DNA of 64,000 nt from Polyangia bacterium (GCA_050287845.1 JBNKCR010000055.1:96001-160000); one strand, 5' to 3'. Shown: positions 10,221 through 19,994, counted from the stretch's first letter. Notes: generated from the sequence alone by a model not told the origin. Translations and numbers: made by a program.

Positions 10221-11924
10221 ATGGAAATGAACAGCGCATGGATAGGGCTCGCATCATTTATATGGCTGGCAGGGGCCTATTTCGTATATGGGCGGTTCAT
10301 TGAAAACAAGCTGTTTCCGATAAACGACAGGACACCAACTCCCGCACACCGGAAACGGGACGGCGTGGATTTTGTACCGGCCAAACCCATTGTGCTCTTC
10401 GGCCATCACTTCGCGTCCATTGCCGGTGCAGGCCCAATCATCGGTCCCGCCATGGCCGTGGCGTATTTTGGCTGGGGTTTTTCTCTTATATGGATACTTT
10501 TGGGCGTAGTTCTTATCGGTGCCGTGCACGACTACACCACGCTGATGCTGTCACTCCGTCACGACGGCGCAACTGTCCCATTCATCACCGGAAGCGTCAT
10601 TGGCAAATCCGCCCGGACCCTGTTTATGGTGTTTGTGTGGATTACGTTGATTTTCATCATTGCGGTGTTCCTCATTGCAGCAAAGAAAACACTGATGAGT
10701 GATGCGCGTGTCGTCATCCCGGCATTCGGTATGATTCCACTGGCCATGGGTTTCGGGTGGCTGACCAATAAAGTCAGATTGCCATTGCTGCCCGCCACGC
10801 TCATTGCACTGGCCGGGCTCGTCGGGCTGTTTGGACTCGGAATGGAATACCCAATATTACTCCATCATCCGGGCGAAACCGCGATGGAATCTTTAAAGGA
10901 AACACATCCCCTGATACTTTTGACCCTCAGTGAGACTGCCGCATCAACCACATGGATTCTTATCCTGATGCTCTACGGTGCGGTGGCCGCCATACTGCCT
11001 GTATGGTTGCTGCTCCAACCGCGCGACTACATCGGTTATTGGATTCTGGCATTCGGAATGATTGCGGGCATTGTGGGACTGTTCATCGTTCACCAACCCA
11101 TCACCTCCCCCATGTTCATTACTGAAACCGGTGCACAGGGACCAGTGTGGCCCATGCTGTTCATTCTGGTGGCCTGTGGCGCCGTGTCCGGTTTTCACTC
11201 TCTGGTTTCTTCTGGCACCACATCCAAGCAGCTCGATAAAGAGAGCCATGGACGTCCGGTTGTTTTCGGCGCCATGATTACTGAAGGCGCGCTGGCGGTA
11301 CTGGCGCTCCTGGCGGTCGCAGCCGGCATCACGTGGACGGGGACCGATGCGTCTTTGGGACAGGTAACCACTCAGATTGCCGCCAATCCCATCGGCGCTT
11401 TTGCTCGCGGTTTTGCGGTCTTCACCGACGGCTTTCTGGGAAGATTCGGTTTTGTCTTTGGTGTGGTGATGATCAACGCATTTGTCCTCACCACGCTGGA
11501 TACATCGGTGCGGCTTGCACGCTTCATTACTGCGGAACTGACGGAGCCTCTATTGCCACTCCTGAAAAACCGATTCCTCTCCACACTCCTGGTTTGCGGC
11601 GCCGCACTGGCACTCGCTCTTACCGGCAACGTGGCTACACTATGGAAAATGTTCGGGGCATCCAATCAACTGGTGGCATCATTGGCGATGATTGTGGTTT
11701 CAGTATATCTGATGCGGGTAAATCGCCCAGTCGTTTACACTCTGGTTCCTGCCCTGTTCATGCTGGCCACCACCTGTGGCGCCCTCATCTGGCAGTTCAT
11801 CGGTTTTATGAGTACGGACACGACCCTTTCCATTACCGCTCTGGTTCTTCTGGGGCTGGCGCTGTATGTGGGCATCAGCGGCGTTCTGAAAATGATTCAG
11901 AGCCGAGTCACCACTGTAAAATAA
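10221..11924 (+). CDS. cstA: Carbon starvation protein A family transporter
   Basis: LFGHHFASIAGAGPIIGP, LLQPRDY, VACGAVSGFHSL, LTTLDT, FGASNQL. Confidence 0.95.
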   Translation: MEMNSAWIGLASFIWLAGAYFVYGRFIENKLFPINDRTPTPAHRKRDGVDFVPAKPIVLFGHHFASIAGAGPIIGPAMAVAYFGWGFSLIWILLGVVLIGAVHDYTTLMLSLRHDGATVPFITGSVIGKSARTLFMVFVWITLIFIIAVFLIAAKKTLMSDARVVIPAFGMIPLAMGFGWLTNKVRLPLLPATLIALAGLVGLFGLGMEYPILLHHPGETAMESLKETHPLILLTLSETAASTTWILILMLYGAVAAILPVWLLLQPRDYIGYWILAFGMIAGIVGLFIVHQPITSPMFITETGAQGPVWPMLFILVACGAVSGFHSLVSSGTTSKQLDKESHGRPVVFGAMITEGALAVLALLAVAAGITWTGTDASLGQVTTQIAANPIGAFARGFAVFTDGFLGRFGFVFGVVMINAFVLTTLDTSVRLARFITAELTEPLLPLLKNRFLSTLLVCGAALALALTGNVATLWKMFGASNQLVASLAMIVVSVYLMRVNRPVVYTLVPALFMLATTCGALIWQFIGFMSTDTTLSITALVLLGLALYVGISGVLKMIQSRVTTVK

Positions 11925-11957
11925 ATGCAATAGTTCCTGGGCTGGAAAACAATACTG

Positions 11958-12143
11958 ACTAGAGCGGCGACCGGTTTGACTCCTTGCTGCAATCGCAGTA
12001 ATTCGGCATCTTTGCGCTTTCGTCCTCAGTCCCTCGGTCGATGTAGCTATGGCTACACCTCGGTCGGGCCTTGCGGGCGCGCAGCAAAGCTGCTCGTATT
12101 CCCGCGATTTCGCTGGCGGAACCAAACCGATCGCCGCTCTGGT
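11958..12143. mobile_element. 186-bp palindromic MITE/REP-like element, complete copy
   Basis: 21-bp terminal inverted repeats ACTAGAGCGGCGACCGGTTTG / CAAACCGATCGCCGCTCTGGT (19/21 match), internal hairpin GATGTAGC-TATG-GCTACACC, second copy at 15023-15146. Confidence 0.8.
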
Positions 12144-12178
12144 ACAAACAAAATGGTTGAGAGAGTGAGAGGTGACGG

Positions 12179-12289
12179 GATTTTCTGAAGTGCGGTGTGC
12201 TGGCGCATGGTTTTGTAAGGATGCGCTGCAACGACTGCAGAAAAAAGTACAGCTGGTATCGCAAACAGGCCGAAGAGTTGGGGATATGA
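12179..12289 (+). pseudogene. IS91-like transposase zinc-binding domain remnant
   Basis: Translates to DFLKCGVLAHGFVRMRCNDCRKKYSWYRKQAEELGI*, resembling the LxCGxLxHGFxRxRCxxC N-terminus of IS91-like transposases. No intact ORF. Confidence 0.7.
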
Positions 12290-12390
12290 ACCATTTTTTT
12301 CGGTATCAGGAAATTTATCCTGGCGCCAAAACCAGCCATTCTGGCCAAATCGCCCGGCAATCGGGCGTTGACTTCCGCAGGAAAAGCCAT

Positions 12391-12891
12391 TCAGTTTTCA
12401 GGGGAGGCCGTCCAGGTGCCGCTGTGAATACCGTTGTGGCTCCAGGTCCCCGTCATCATTCCCGCGCTGTCAATTTCACCGGTGAACAGCACTGTCGCAT
12501 CGTAGTAGTAGGGTTGAAGCACCGCAAAACTGATGCTGTTTCCAGTGACCGCGACATTCGATACCACATCATCTGAAAACCCCGGATCCGTGCAGGATAA
12601 TGTGCCTTCATACCCGACGCCCGTCTCCACAAAAACAATAGTCATCGCAAAGGTACCGGTAGTGGAGAAGTGAGGTGGATCGCCGGTGATTGTCCCCGTC
12701 CAGTTGGCGGCGAGTTCGGGGGGCATCAACATGCCGGTATCGCTGTCCGTGTCCGCATCCGCGTCACTGTCCGCGTCCGCATCCGCGTCGCTGTCCATTG
12801 TGGCGCTATCTCCTTCCCCGCCTTCATCACAGGCCGCCATGCCCCACGCGAGAAGAAAAATCCATAAACTGACATTCAACAAATATTTCAT
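12391..12891 (-). CDS. Hypothetical lipoprotein with Asp-Ala/Asp-Ser repeat linker
   Basis: Lipobox MAAC, DSDADADADSD linker, small beta-rich domain (NWTGTI...MTGTW). Confidence 0.75.
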   Translation of the reverse strand: MKYLLNVSLWIFLLAWGMAACDEGGEGDSATMDSDADADADSDADADTDSDTGMLMPPELAANWTGTITGDPPHFSTTGTFAMTIVFVETGVGYEGTLSCTDPGFSDDVVSNVAVTGNSISFAVLQPYYYDATVLFTGEIDSAGMMTGTWSHNGIHSGTWTASPEN

Positions 12892-13166
12892 TTCAAGACA
12901 CCCTTCCAGTTGAAACGATTAAGTGACCCAAAGAATGTAAGCACGCCGGCCAGTCGATTCAACTTCGCTACCCACATGACCTTTGCGGTGAGCGATGTGG
13001 ACAGGAACGACATTTCGGCGAACTCCAACCACGGCAGCAAGATCATTGTTGTGCCCTTCGACGGCGAGCGGTTCGACGCCGATATGAGCGCCGACTGATT
13101 CAGCTCCGACCTTTATCGCATACGGTGCATTTTTTTTGTGAGAAATGCCGGGCGCGCCAGCACAAG

Positions 13167-13340
13167 TCATCCAGCGGGGAAGGAGGCGATGAAATCAGCC
13201 ACCAGATTCAGGTTGGCGCGTTCCAGTCTTCACGAACCACCGCCGTGATTCCGATACTGGGGATCGGCGTTGACCACCACCACAGATACGACGCTCTTGG
13301 TCACCGATCAAACCAGAATTTCATGTTTCTCCCCATCTGT
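13167..13340 (-). pseudogene. Probable serine hydrolase (beta-lactamase-like) remnant
   Basis: One frame reads HEILV*SVTKSVVSVVVVNADPQYRNHGGGS*RLERANLNLVADFIASFPAG*: an SxxK motif joined to a plausible C-terminus, with in-frame TGA stops. Confidence 0.4.
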
Positions 13341-13762
13341 TTCAATCGCGTCATTTGCCAGTCACAAAGCAACGGTTGTGCCAGCATCCCCGAGCATCAA
13401 TAACAGAGGGCAGTCGGAATACTGGGGAACCCCGGAGACCGCACTGCTGCAGGCGCCTCCGTGCCCCGATGGGCTGAGAAGCGCGTGCCGGTGACCGCCA
13501 TCAGATGAGAATGAACCCACGCCATGGTATACCAGAATGGTACAACACCTCAATGCGGCATATGGCGGTTTGGGGTACACCGGCGACGGGGCAGGGGATG
13601 GCAGCTGTATTCGGGTTGGTTTATACAAGTCGCCTGCATTGCATGGAGCTCAGGTATCTCAGACATCACGCCCCGGAACAAATCACGTGTTTCGGATTTT
13701 TGGCAACTGTCACTTTGTTCTGTATTTGAGCTGTTGGGTTTGAACGTAAAAAAAAACGCGGG

Positions 13763-14878
13763 TCAGTTGTAGTTGCAGTTTGCGTCCCAGTGCAGCATGG
13801 TGCCGCTGACTGTGGCGTACATTGTTGAAGTCGATGAGTGCGGAGTCCAGTTGGTTTTGTTTTCGGTTGTCCATTTGAGGGTTTTGTATATCAGTCGTGC
13901 GGAACCGCAGCTCAAGTCAATTTGGTCGTGATTCATTGCAGTCTGTTTCCAGAGGGCGCAGGTGTACCAGCTTGATGGACTGTTTCCGGCAGGGCTTCCG
14001 CCGCACATCGGGTATCCCTTCGTGCTGTCTCTTCGCTGGAAAGTGGAATTCACTCGAAGTTGTCCGCGGCTGATCCAGTATTTCCAGCGGGAGAACATGG
14101 CGAGATTGTAGTAGTCATTGTAGTCGTTCATGATGTCGTCATTGTACGCCTTGTTGCAGTCGAAATACACATGGTCGTACCACCGGTTGCATCGTCCCCG
14201 ATCTCCAGGGGCTACTGGCTCGTGGGGATCGATGAGTACCCAGCCCACCTTGTAGAAATTTTTAAAGTATCCGTTATGGCTGTCGTTGTAATTGTGATAC
14301 ATCAGTTCAAAGTTTTTGGCAGCGCCCAGACTTTTGCCGATAACCAGCAGGGTCAGCTGACTTTGTGGAATTCCCTCTGCTGCATAGGCGCTTACCAGCC
14401 TTCGGATTTCACTCTTTACGTCATCATAGTCGTTTCCGTGTTCCATGTAGCTGCCCTTCAACTCTTGTACAAATCCGCGTTGCAGCGCGTATCCATAAGC
14501 CGTGTTCCATAAATATCGGATATATCCGTTGTCCGCAAATCCGTCGCAAAGGACCACAACCAGTCGGCGGGCGGCGTCGGGAAAAAATGCTTTTTGAACT
14601 TGAAGAGAGGACGCTGCATCATTCGAATCCTCGCTCACCGATGCCACACTGGTCATTTCATCCAGCGGCAATATTCTGTTTCCGGGAAGGCTGTGATCTG
14701 TGGGTTCGGTATCTTGAGACTCGTCGGAAAGTTCGGGTAGCACCGGATCCCGGTCGGCAGAAAGCTGGCCATCGGTGGCGTCCTGTTCGGTTGTGAGTTC
14801 CGTGCTGTCGTCACATGCCACCAGCAGCAGAGGAATACACATGATGGGAATACACAAATTACGGATTGCCTGGGTCAT
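13763..14878 (-). CDS. Lipoprotein with putative alpha/beta-hydrolase domain
   Basis: GGAG RBS, lipobox LLVAC, nucleophile-elbow-like LVIGKSLG, then VLIDP. Start moved to ATG 14878. Confidence 0.65.
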   Translation of the reverse strand: MTQAIRNLCIPIMCIPLLLVACDDSTELTTEQDATDGQLSADRDPVLPELSDESQDTEPTDHSLPGNRILPLDEMTSVASVSEDSNDAASSLQVQKAFFPDAARRLVVVLCDGFADNGYIRYLWNTAYGYALQRGFVQELKGSYMEHGNDYDDVKSEIRRLVSAYAAEGIPQSQLTLLVIGKSLGAAKNFELMYHNYNDSHNGYFKNFYKVGWVLIDPHEPVAPGDRGRCNRWYDHVYFDCNKAYNDDIMNDYNDYYNLAMFSRWKYWISRGQLRVNSTFQRRDSTKGYPMCGGSPAGNSPSSWYTCALWKQTAMNHDQIDLSCGSARLIYKTLKWTTENKTNWTPHSSTSTMYATVSGTMLHWDANCNYN

Positions 14879-15022
14879 TTTAAACTCCTGTTCTTTTGTC
14901 ACCTGGAGAGCCTGTTTGGAATATGAAAAACAATTACTGTATGGAGCAAAAAAACAAAAGTCTATTCGTTCCTCTCCAGTGTTGTGATTCACCCTGTTGA
15001 AGCATTATTCAGCCAGGTTTAA

Positions 15023-15146
15023 TGCGCGCCCGCAAGGCCCGACGAGGTGTAGCCATCGCTACATCGACCGGGGGACTGAGGACGAAAGCTTAAAGATGCC
15101 GGGTTTCCGCGATTGCAGCAAGGATTTAATCCGGTCGCCGATCCAG
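15023..15146. repeat. Second, inverted and truncated copy of the palindromic element
   Basis: Reverse complement matches about 11959-12083 (CCTTGCTGCAATCGC...GCTTTCGTCCTCAGTCCC...GATGTAGC...GCTACACCTCG...GGGCCTTGCGGGCGCGCA). The other end is missing. Confidence 0.85.
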
Positions 15147-16172
15147 CATCGCAGATTCATGAAAATAGTAGTATCGTCCGCAAGCAACTCTTCGAATAAA
15201 GTCAACATTTTTAGCGGCTTCCAGCATACATGTCACGATTTGAGGTTTGCTCATGAGATTGTAACATACATCACATATGCTTCCTGTTATATATCTGGAT
15301 GGCAGATGATTTTGCAGACCATTCTCTGTCGCAAGGTCTACAAAGATGCGCGGTCCCCACACTCTTAATGCATGAAGGATAACATTTTGTTCAGCTCGAC
15401 TGAGAATATTGCTGAGTGTATCGTTTTTCAACGAACCGAGATACAGGGGGTGATCATTTCCGAGACGAGTGATGGGACCAATGCACGCAAATACATCTCC
15501 TGACGGCGATATGATAGGCGCTGCGCTCAATGAGCACGCCAGTTGCGAGGGCTGAGAATTTGTGGCGTATTTTTCAATATCGACTTTATCGAGGGCCCTT
15601 CCTACTGGATACGTGATGCCCGTGAATATTACTTCTTCGGAGACGAAATTTTTCAGTTTATTCAATACTGATTTATATGCCGGGTCTTCAATGCTCTCAG
15701 TGAACATTCCTATATAATACGGAATGCCATGGTGCTCGGCGGCTTCGACGACATTGTTTACTCTTGAAATGGGAATAGCCTTCTGGTGATATGCGTCCGC
15801 GCTGATGGCCAGCGTTTTTAAAGCTGAAATCTTTTGAAGTGTTTCCTTTGCAACCTTTTTCGAATCTGCCCAAAATGCATTTGTAACGGCAGTGAGCCCC
15901 AGTTCATGGTTCTCACATATCGCAGAAACATCGATCAGTCGATTAATGTCAACGAAAGGCTCTCCGCCGGATAGAGCGATTGTTTTTACTTTTCCTTGAT
16001 CAAAGGCTGCGAGTTCCTTGATCCACCTGGATGCATCGTTCAGGTTTAGCGATTCTTTGCGATCGGGACCAGCTTGTACAACACAATGATTACACCTGAC
16101 TTGACATTGATAAGTAATAATGAGTCCGATGTTGCTCAGGAAGGTGGGATTATTAAATGATGGCCCAATCAC
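15126..16172 (-). CDS. Radical SAM protein with twitch-type C-terminus, EpeE/YydG-like
   Basis: CQVRCNHC, SGGEP, TNAFWA, ISADAYH, PVGRA, GDVFACIGP, NVILHALR, SICDVC. Confidence 0.88.
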   Translation of the reverse strand: MIGPSFNNPTFLSNIGLIITYQCQVRCNHCVVQAGPDRKESLNLNDASRWIKELAAFDQGKVKTIALSGGEPFVDINRLIDVSAICENHELGLTAVTNAFWADSKKVAKETLQKISALKTLAISADAYHQKAIPISRVNNVVEAAEHHGIPYYIGMFTESIEDPAYKSVLNKLKNFVSEEVIFTGITYPVGRALDKVDIEKYATNSQPSQLACSLSAAPIISPSGDVFACIGPITRLGNDHPLYLGSLKNDTLSNILSRAEQNVILHALRVWGPRIFVDLATENGLQNHLPSRYITGSICDVCYNLMSKPQIVTCMLEAAKNVDFIRRVACGRYYYFHESAMLDRRPD

Positions 16173-16365
16173 TTCGGTTTCTTCGCATGATTCTTGCTGT
16201 TGGTGTTTCTTGCTAATTTGATTTCTCCGGTGTCAATCGGTCCGCGTTTTTGTCGATGCTGGACAGAACTCAAGGGGCAGTATCACTATTCTCTGGACAA
16301 TATTCGAGCATGTCCTCCGAAAACAAGCGAAGGGCATTCTCAAAATTGAATGGTTTCGATGCCAA

Positions 16366-16569
16366 TTATTGCAAGTGACTTTCGTGGATGAGTGCAACCT
16401 TAAACCCTTGTTTCTGCAATTTCTGGATTGCGCTGTCTTCGATTCTTAATTCGTCTAAAATAATTCCCCAGGGGAAGAGTTCCATTGATTTACGGCCAGA
16501 TGCAGAGAATTCTTTAAAAATATCAATTGGAATTTTTACCGTATTTAATTTTGTCTCTGGTTTTTTCAT
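16366..16569 (-). CDS. 67-aa small protein, candidate rSAM substrate
   Basis: Strong AAAGGAG RBS, same strand and directly upstream of the rSAM gene. Confidence 0.7.
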   Translation of the reverse strand: MKKPETKLNTVKIPIDIFKEFSASGRKSMELFPWGIILDELRIEDSAIQKLQKQGFKVALIHESHLQ

Positions 16570-17020
16570 TTTCTTACTCCTTTGTTAGTTGACGGCGTAT
16601 TTTATTGCTGAACATCACATTGGGTATAGCAGTGCTTCCGTTTATTGCTCCTTTTCTGAGAATGGGAGGGTTTCCATACAAATGTGATATTCCAGAAAAT
16701 TTAAAAGGAAAATTTAGCGCTGTCAAGTCCTAAAAAAAGAGCTCGCTGTCGTGAAAACGGCGAGAATAGCTGGCGGGAGAAGGTGTAAAAATGATGGATA
16801 CCCCAGAAAACAAATGGATTCAGGCGTAGCTGGGCCATCCCTTTCAAGGTGACTATTTTTCTTTTGTAACTGAACTATTTTGATATTGATGTAGGCGTGC
16901 TAAACATAAATGGTGTGAATATAGATTTTCTTAAAACGTATTCAATGGGGCTTGGATGTATTTCGTCGAAGACCGCAATGCATGATCCGATAGTTAATAT
17001 TTCAACAGGAGAAAACACGT

Positions 17021-19480
17021 ATGAATGCCAATGCTGTTCCCCGAAACCCTTATCTTACCGCGCCGTTGGTATTGTTGATGACGATGCTGATTTCTGTTTG
17101 CAGTGTGGCGCAAACAAAAAGGGTCACCCCTCGAATTGCTCCGAAAACCGTACGCGGCACCACCGAGGAAAATAAGCATGCCCAGACACCTGATAAACAG
17201 ATTCCCCAAAAGCTGACCTTTAAGGAAGTGAATCCGGATTTCTCGAAACTGAAAGACAAAGTGGTTCAGGTGAAACCGGGGCTGCAGATGCGCGTTGGGG
17301 ATTATGTGAAAGGGAGCAGTTTTAAGACTATCCCGAAGTTTCAGCGGTTTTTAACGAAGGATTTTGAGCGGCGTTATCTGAAGGCCGCGCCGGATTATCG
17401 CGAGGAAGTGGAGGCCAAAGGCGACCGACTCATCGTTCGGCGAACCCTGAAACTGAAAACCGACAATCCCTGTGCCATTCCGGACGGAGGCTCGAACGAT
17501 GTGTCGATTTGTTTTCGGAAAAATACGGCGAGAGGCCAGAAGGCGTCCAACAAGCTCACCCGGGATCTGGACGATATTCGCCAGAAGCTGCGCAGTGGAA
17601 AAAAGGCGCCTGGCAGATTTAAAAGTTCCATGGAGAAGAAGGTGCTGCAGCGCCTTGATGATGTCGTGGAGATGGACGATGAGGCGCTTATCGAATTTTT
17701 ACTCAACAACGCCGATGAGGAAAAGTCCATTGTTCATGAATCCGAAGTGCCCTTTGTAGCAGATGCGGAACTGCTTCCGACTGCTGTGGACAGCGCTGTT
17801 GTCGCGGGAAATGTTCCGGGACAACAGTCTGCTTCGGTGAATAATACCCGGCTGGAATTTGATAGGGTACAGGACTCCACCATGGATTTCATTGACGGCA
17901 CCACATGGACCAAAGGAATCGAAGACAGCTACGAGGTTACCTTTGCCGGGTCCACCTGGTTTACCGATCGCTATTATGCGCGTTTTTCCTACGAAGTTTT
18001 AATTGGGGTCGGCCTGAGATTTCCTGTTCGCGTGGATGCGCGTTCCACCATTTCTCACGTGCGGGATATAAATGGCGAGGTGTCCTATCCGGCCACATCC
18101 CTCTGCAGTGGCGTGACCCGTCAGTCGGCGGCCATTCATTGCGCCAGCAGAGCGGATTTGGTGTTCAAGGGGACTGGTGTTGATGGGGATGCCGCCTTCT
18201 ATCAATCGGCGGGAATGCCGGCGGATTTGATGTTTGATGCCAAAGAATTTGTGTTTGTGGTCACTGCCAATGCAAAGCTCTATGCGTCGATTCCCGGGCC
18301 CAATTTCAGTAAGAGCTTTGGAAAGAAGGTTGACTTCAGCCGGGATTTTACCACCCCCATTGGCAACAGTGCGGAGGCAACTCTGGCGGAAGTTACCCTG
18401 CGGGGAAAAAATGTGGGGCTGGCGCTGCAGGCCGGTGCGCTGGGCGTTTCTGGTTGGGCGGCGCTGAATCCCGGAATTCGGGTTACCGCCAGCGGAGGCC
18501 GTATAACGCTTCCGGTTTCGCCTTTTGAACAAACCGCAACGCTGCAGGGAAATACGAGCGTTCCGGTGTCGCGTCATAGCTGGTCTTCGCCGGTTGTGGT
18601 TTCGCGGCGCTTTGGAAACAATCCCACGGCCCCCTGGGGCGCGGTGGTCAACGCTCCCCAATACCAGACCGAGATTGTAGTAACGCCCACGCTGGGCGTG
18701 GAGATTGGGGTGGAGGTTGTATACTGGAGCTGGAACACGGTGTTCGGTCCTTACGACATCGATGTGCTGGCAGTGTCGCTGGGAGATTTCACTTTCTCCC
18801 ATCATCCGGGAACCGTGCAGGAATACCGTCAGTTTATTTCGGGATGTGAGCCCGGAGATCCCCAATGCGTGACGTCGTATCGGGAAGAACTTCCGCCGTC
18901 CAATATGGTTGCTGCGGTTGCCGCTCACCAGGCTGTTACCTCACAGCGCGGCGATGAGGGAGGGGTGATCACGGTATACGAAGGCAACTGGGGAAGCTGG
19001 TATCCAATGGACAAATGCCGGCGGGGAACCTATGCGCGCAACTTTGCGGTACGGCTTGAGGACAGTCGCGGCGACGGAGACGATACCGCCCTCAACAGCA
19101 TTGCCCTGTGGTGTACGGATCCCAACGGACAGAATGGCAACCTGGTGGTATCGCATCCTGGTCACTGGGGTGATTGGAAACCGTTTGCACACGAATGTGA
19201 CATCCAGGGCGATTTTATCCGGGAAGCGCAACTCAAGTACGAAGGAGCCAGAGGGGACGGAGACGACACCGCAGCCAATGGATTTCAGGTGAAGTGCAGC
19301 GATTCCATGACTCATCCGACGTATCAGGGCAAATGGGGAACATGGCAGCCCATGCGGGAATGTCCGGCCCACCAGGTGGTTTGCGGTATGCAGACCCGGG
19401 TGGAATCCAAACGGGGTGGCGGCGATGACACCTCTCTCAATGGCGTGAAACTGCAGTGCTGTAACTACGACGCAAACTGA
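17021..19480 (+). CDS. Secreted protein with C-terminal VOMI (vitelline membrane outer layer protein I) beta-prism domain
   Basis: Signal peptide. Three repeats of GxWGxW...C...(GD/GG)GDDT(A/S)xN..C in the last ~180 aa. Confidence 0.82.
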   Translation: MNANAVPRNPYLTAPLVLLMTMLISVCSVAQTKRVTPRIAPKTVRGTTEENKHAQTPDKQIPQKLTFKEVNPDFSKLKDKVVQVKPGLQMRVGDYVKGSSFKTIPKFQRFLTKDFERRYLKAAPDYREEVEAKGDRLIVRRTLKLKTDNPCAIPDGGSNDVSICFRKNTARGQKASNKLTRDLDDIRQKLRSGKKAPGRFKSSMEKKVLQRLDDVVEMDDEALIEFLLNNADEEKSIVHESEVPFVADAELLPTAVDSAVVAGNVPGQQSASVNNTRLEFDRVQDSTMDFIDGTTWTKGIEDSYEVTFAGSTWFTDRYYARFSYEVLIGVGLRFPVRVDARSTISHVRDINGEVSYPATSLCSGVTRQSAAIHCASRADLVFKGTGVDGDAAFYQSAGMPADLMFDAKEFVFVVTANAKLYASIPGPNFSKSFGKKVDFSRDFTTPIGNSAEATLAEVTLRGKNVGLALQAGALGVSGWAALNPGIRVTASGGRITLPVSPFEQTATLQGNTSVPVSRHSWSSPVVVSRRFGNNPTAPWGAVVNAPQYQTEIVVTPTLGVEIGVEVVYWSWNTVFGPYDIDVLAVSLGDFTFSHHPGTVQEYRQFISGCEPGDPQCVTSYREELPPSNMVAAVAAHQAVTSQRGDEGGVITVYEGNWGSWYPMDKCRRGTYARNFAVRLEDSRGDGDDTALNSIALWCTDPNGQNGNLVVSHPGHWGDWKPFAHECDIQGDFIREAQLKYEGARGDGDDTAANGFQVKCSDSMTHPTYQGKWGTWQPMRECPAHQVVCGMQTRVESKRGGGDDTSLNGVKLQCCNYDAN

Positions 19481-19510
19481 ATTTAAAAGATATAAACCCG
19501 GTGCCAATAC

Positions 19511-19581
19511 CCTGAACAAAATGACTGGGGGTCCTGAACAAAATGACTGGGAGTCATTTTATTGGGGTCATTTTATTGGGG
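19511..19581. repeat. Intergenic short tandem/inverted repeats
   Basis: CCTGAACAAAATGACTGGG x2, GTCATTTTATTGGGG x2, and inverted pair AAAATGACT-GGG-AGTCATTTT. Confidence 0.75.
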
Positions 19582-19994
19582 GTACAATAATTATCAATAG
19601 ATAAACTCCTACATTTCACTTCAGTAGATGCGAATATAGATCGCGCCGAAAAATGGCAATTATGCTGGATGGACGGTGGAAGCGAAATGGCTTTTTTTGG
19701 TGAAGGAATCCGCCCTCTTTTTTTAAACATGGTGCTCTATCAGATGTTCGGTCGACTTGTACTTGGAAGGGTGGTGATTTTGACATGAGGATGTGTTATT
19801 CGCCAGGCGTCTGGGGTTCACATTCTGTTTGCAGGTTTTTTTGTGCTGATGGCTTTCTCGATTGGATGTACTCAGGACACTGAGTCGTAAAATGCTGATG
19901 CAAATACATCCACCAACAGATGAAATTGATACCGCGGTGCAGGCAAATATTGTTGCCGCTGGATATGGGCAAAAATATTGAAAGGAGATTGGGA

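Noticed and set aside
13167..13628. Alternative genetic code or selenocysteine readthrough of TGA
   Set aside because: Many intact genes in the window end in TGA, no SECIS-like context was seen, and decay explains the stops.
15070..15100. Hammerhead-like CTGAGGACGAAA in the palindromic element
   Set aside because: No stem II between CUGANGA and GAAA, and the other core elements cannot be arranged.
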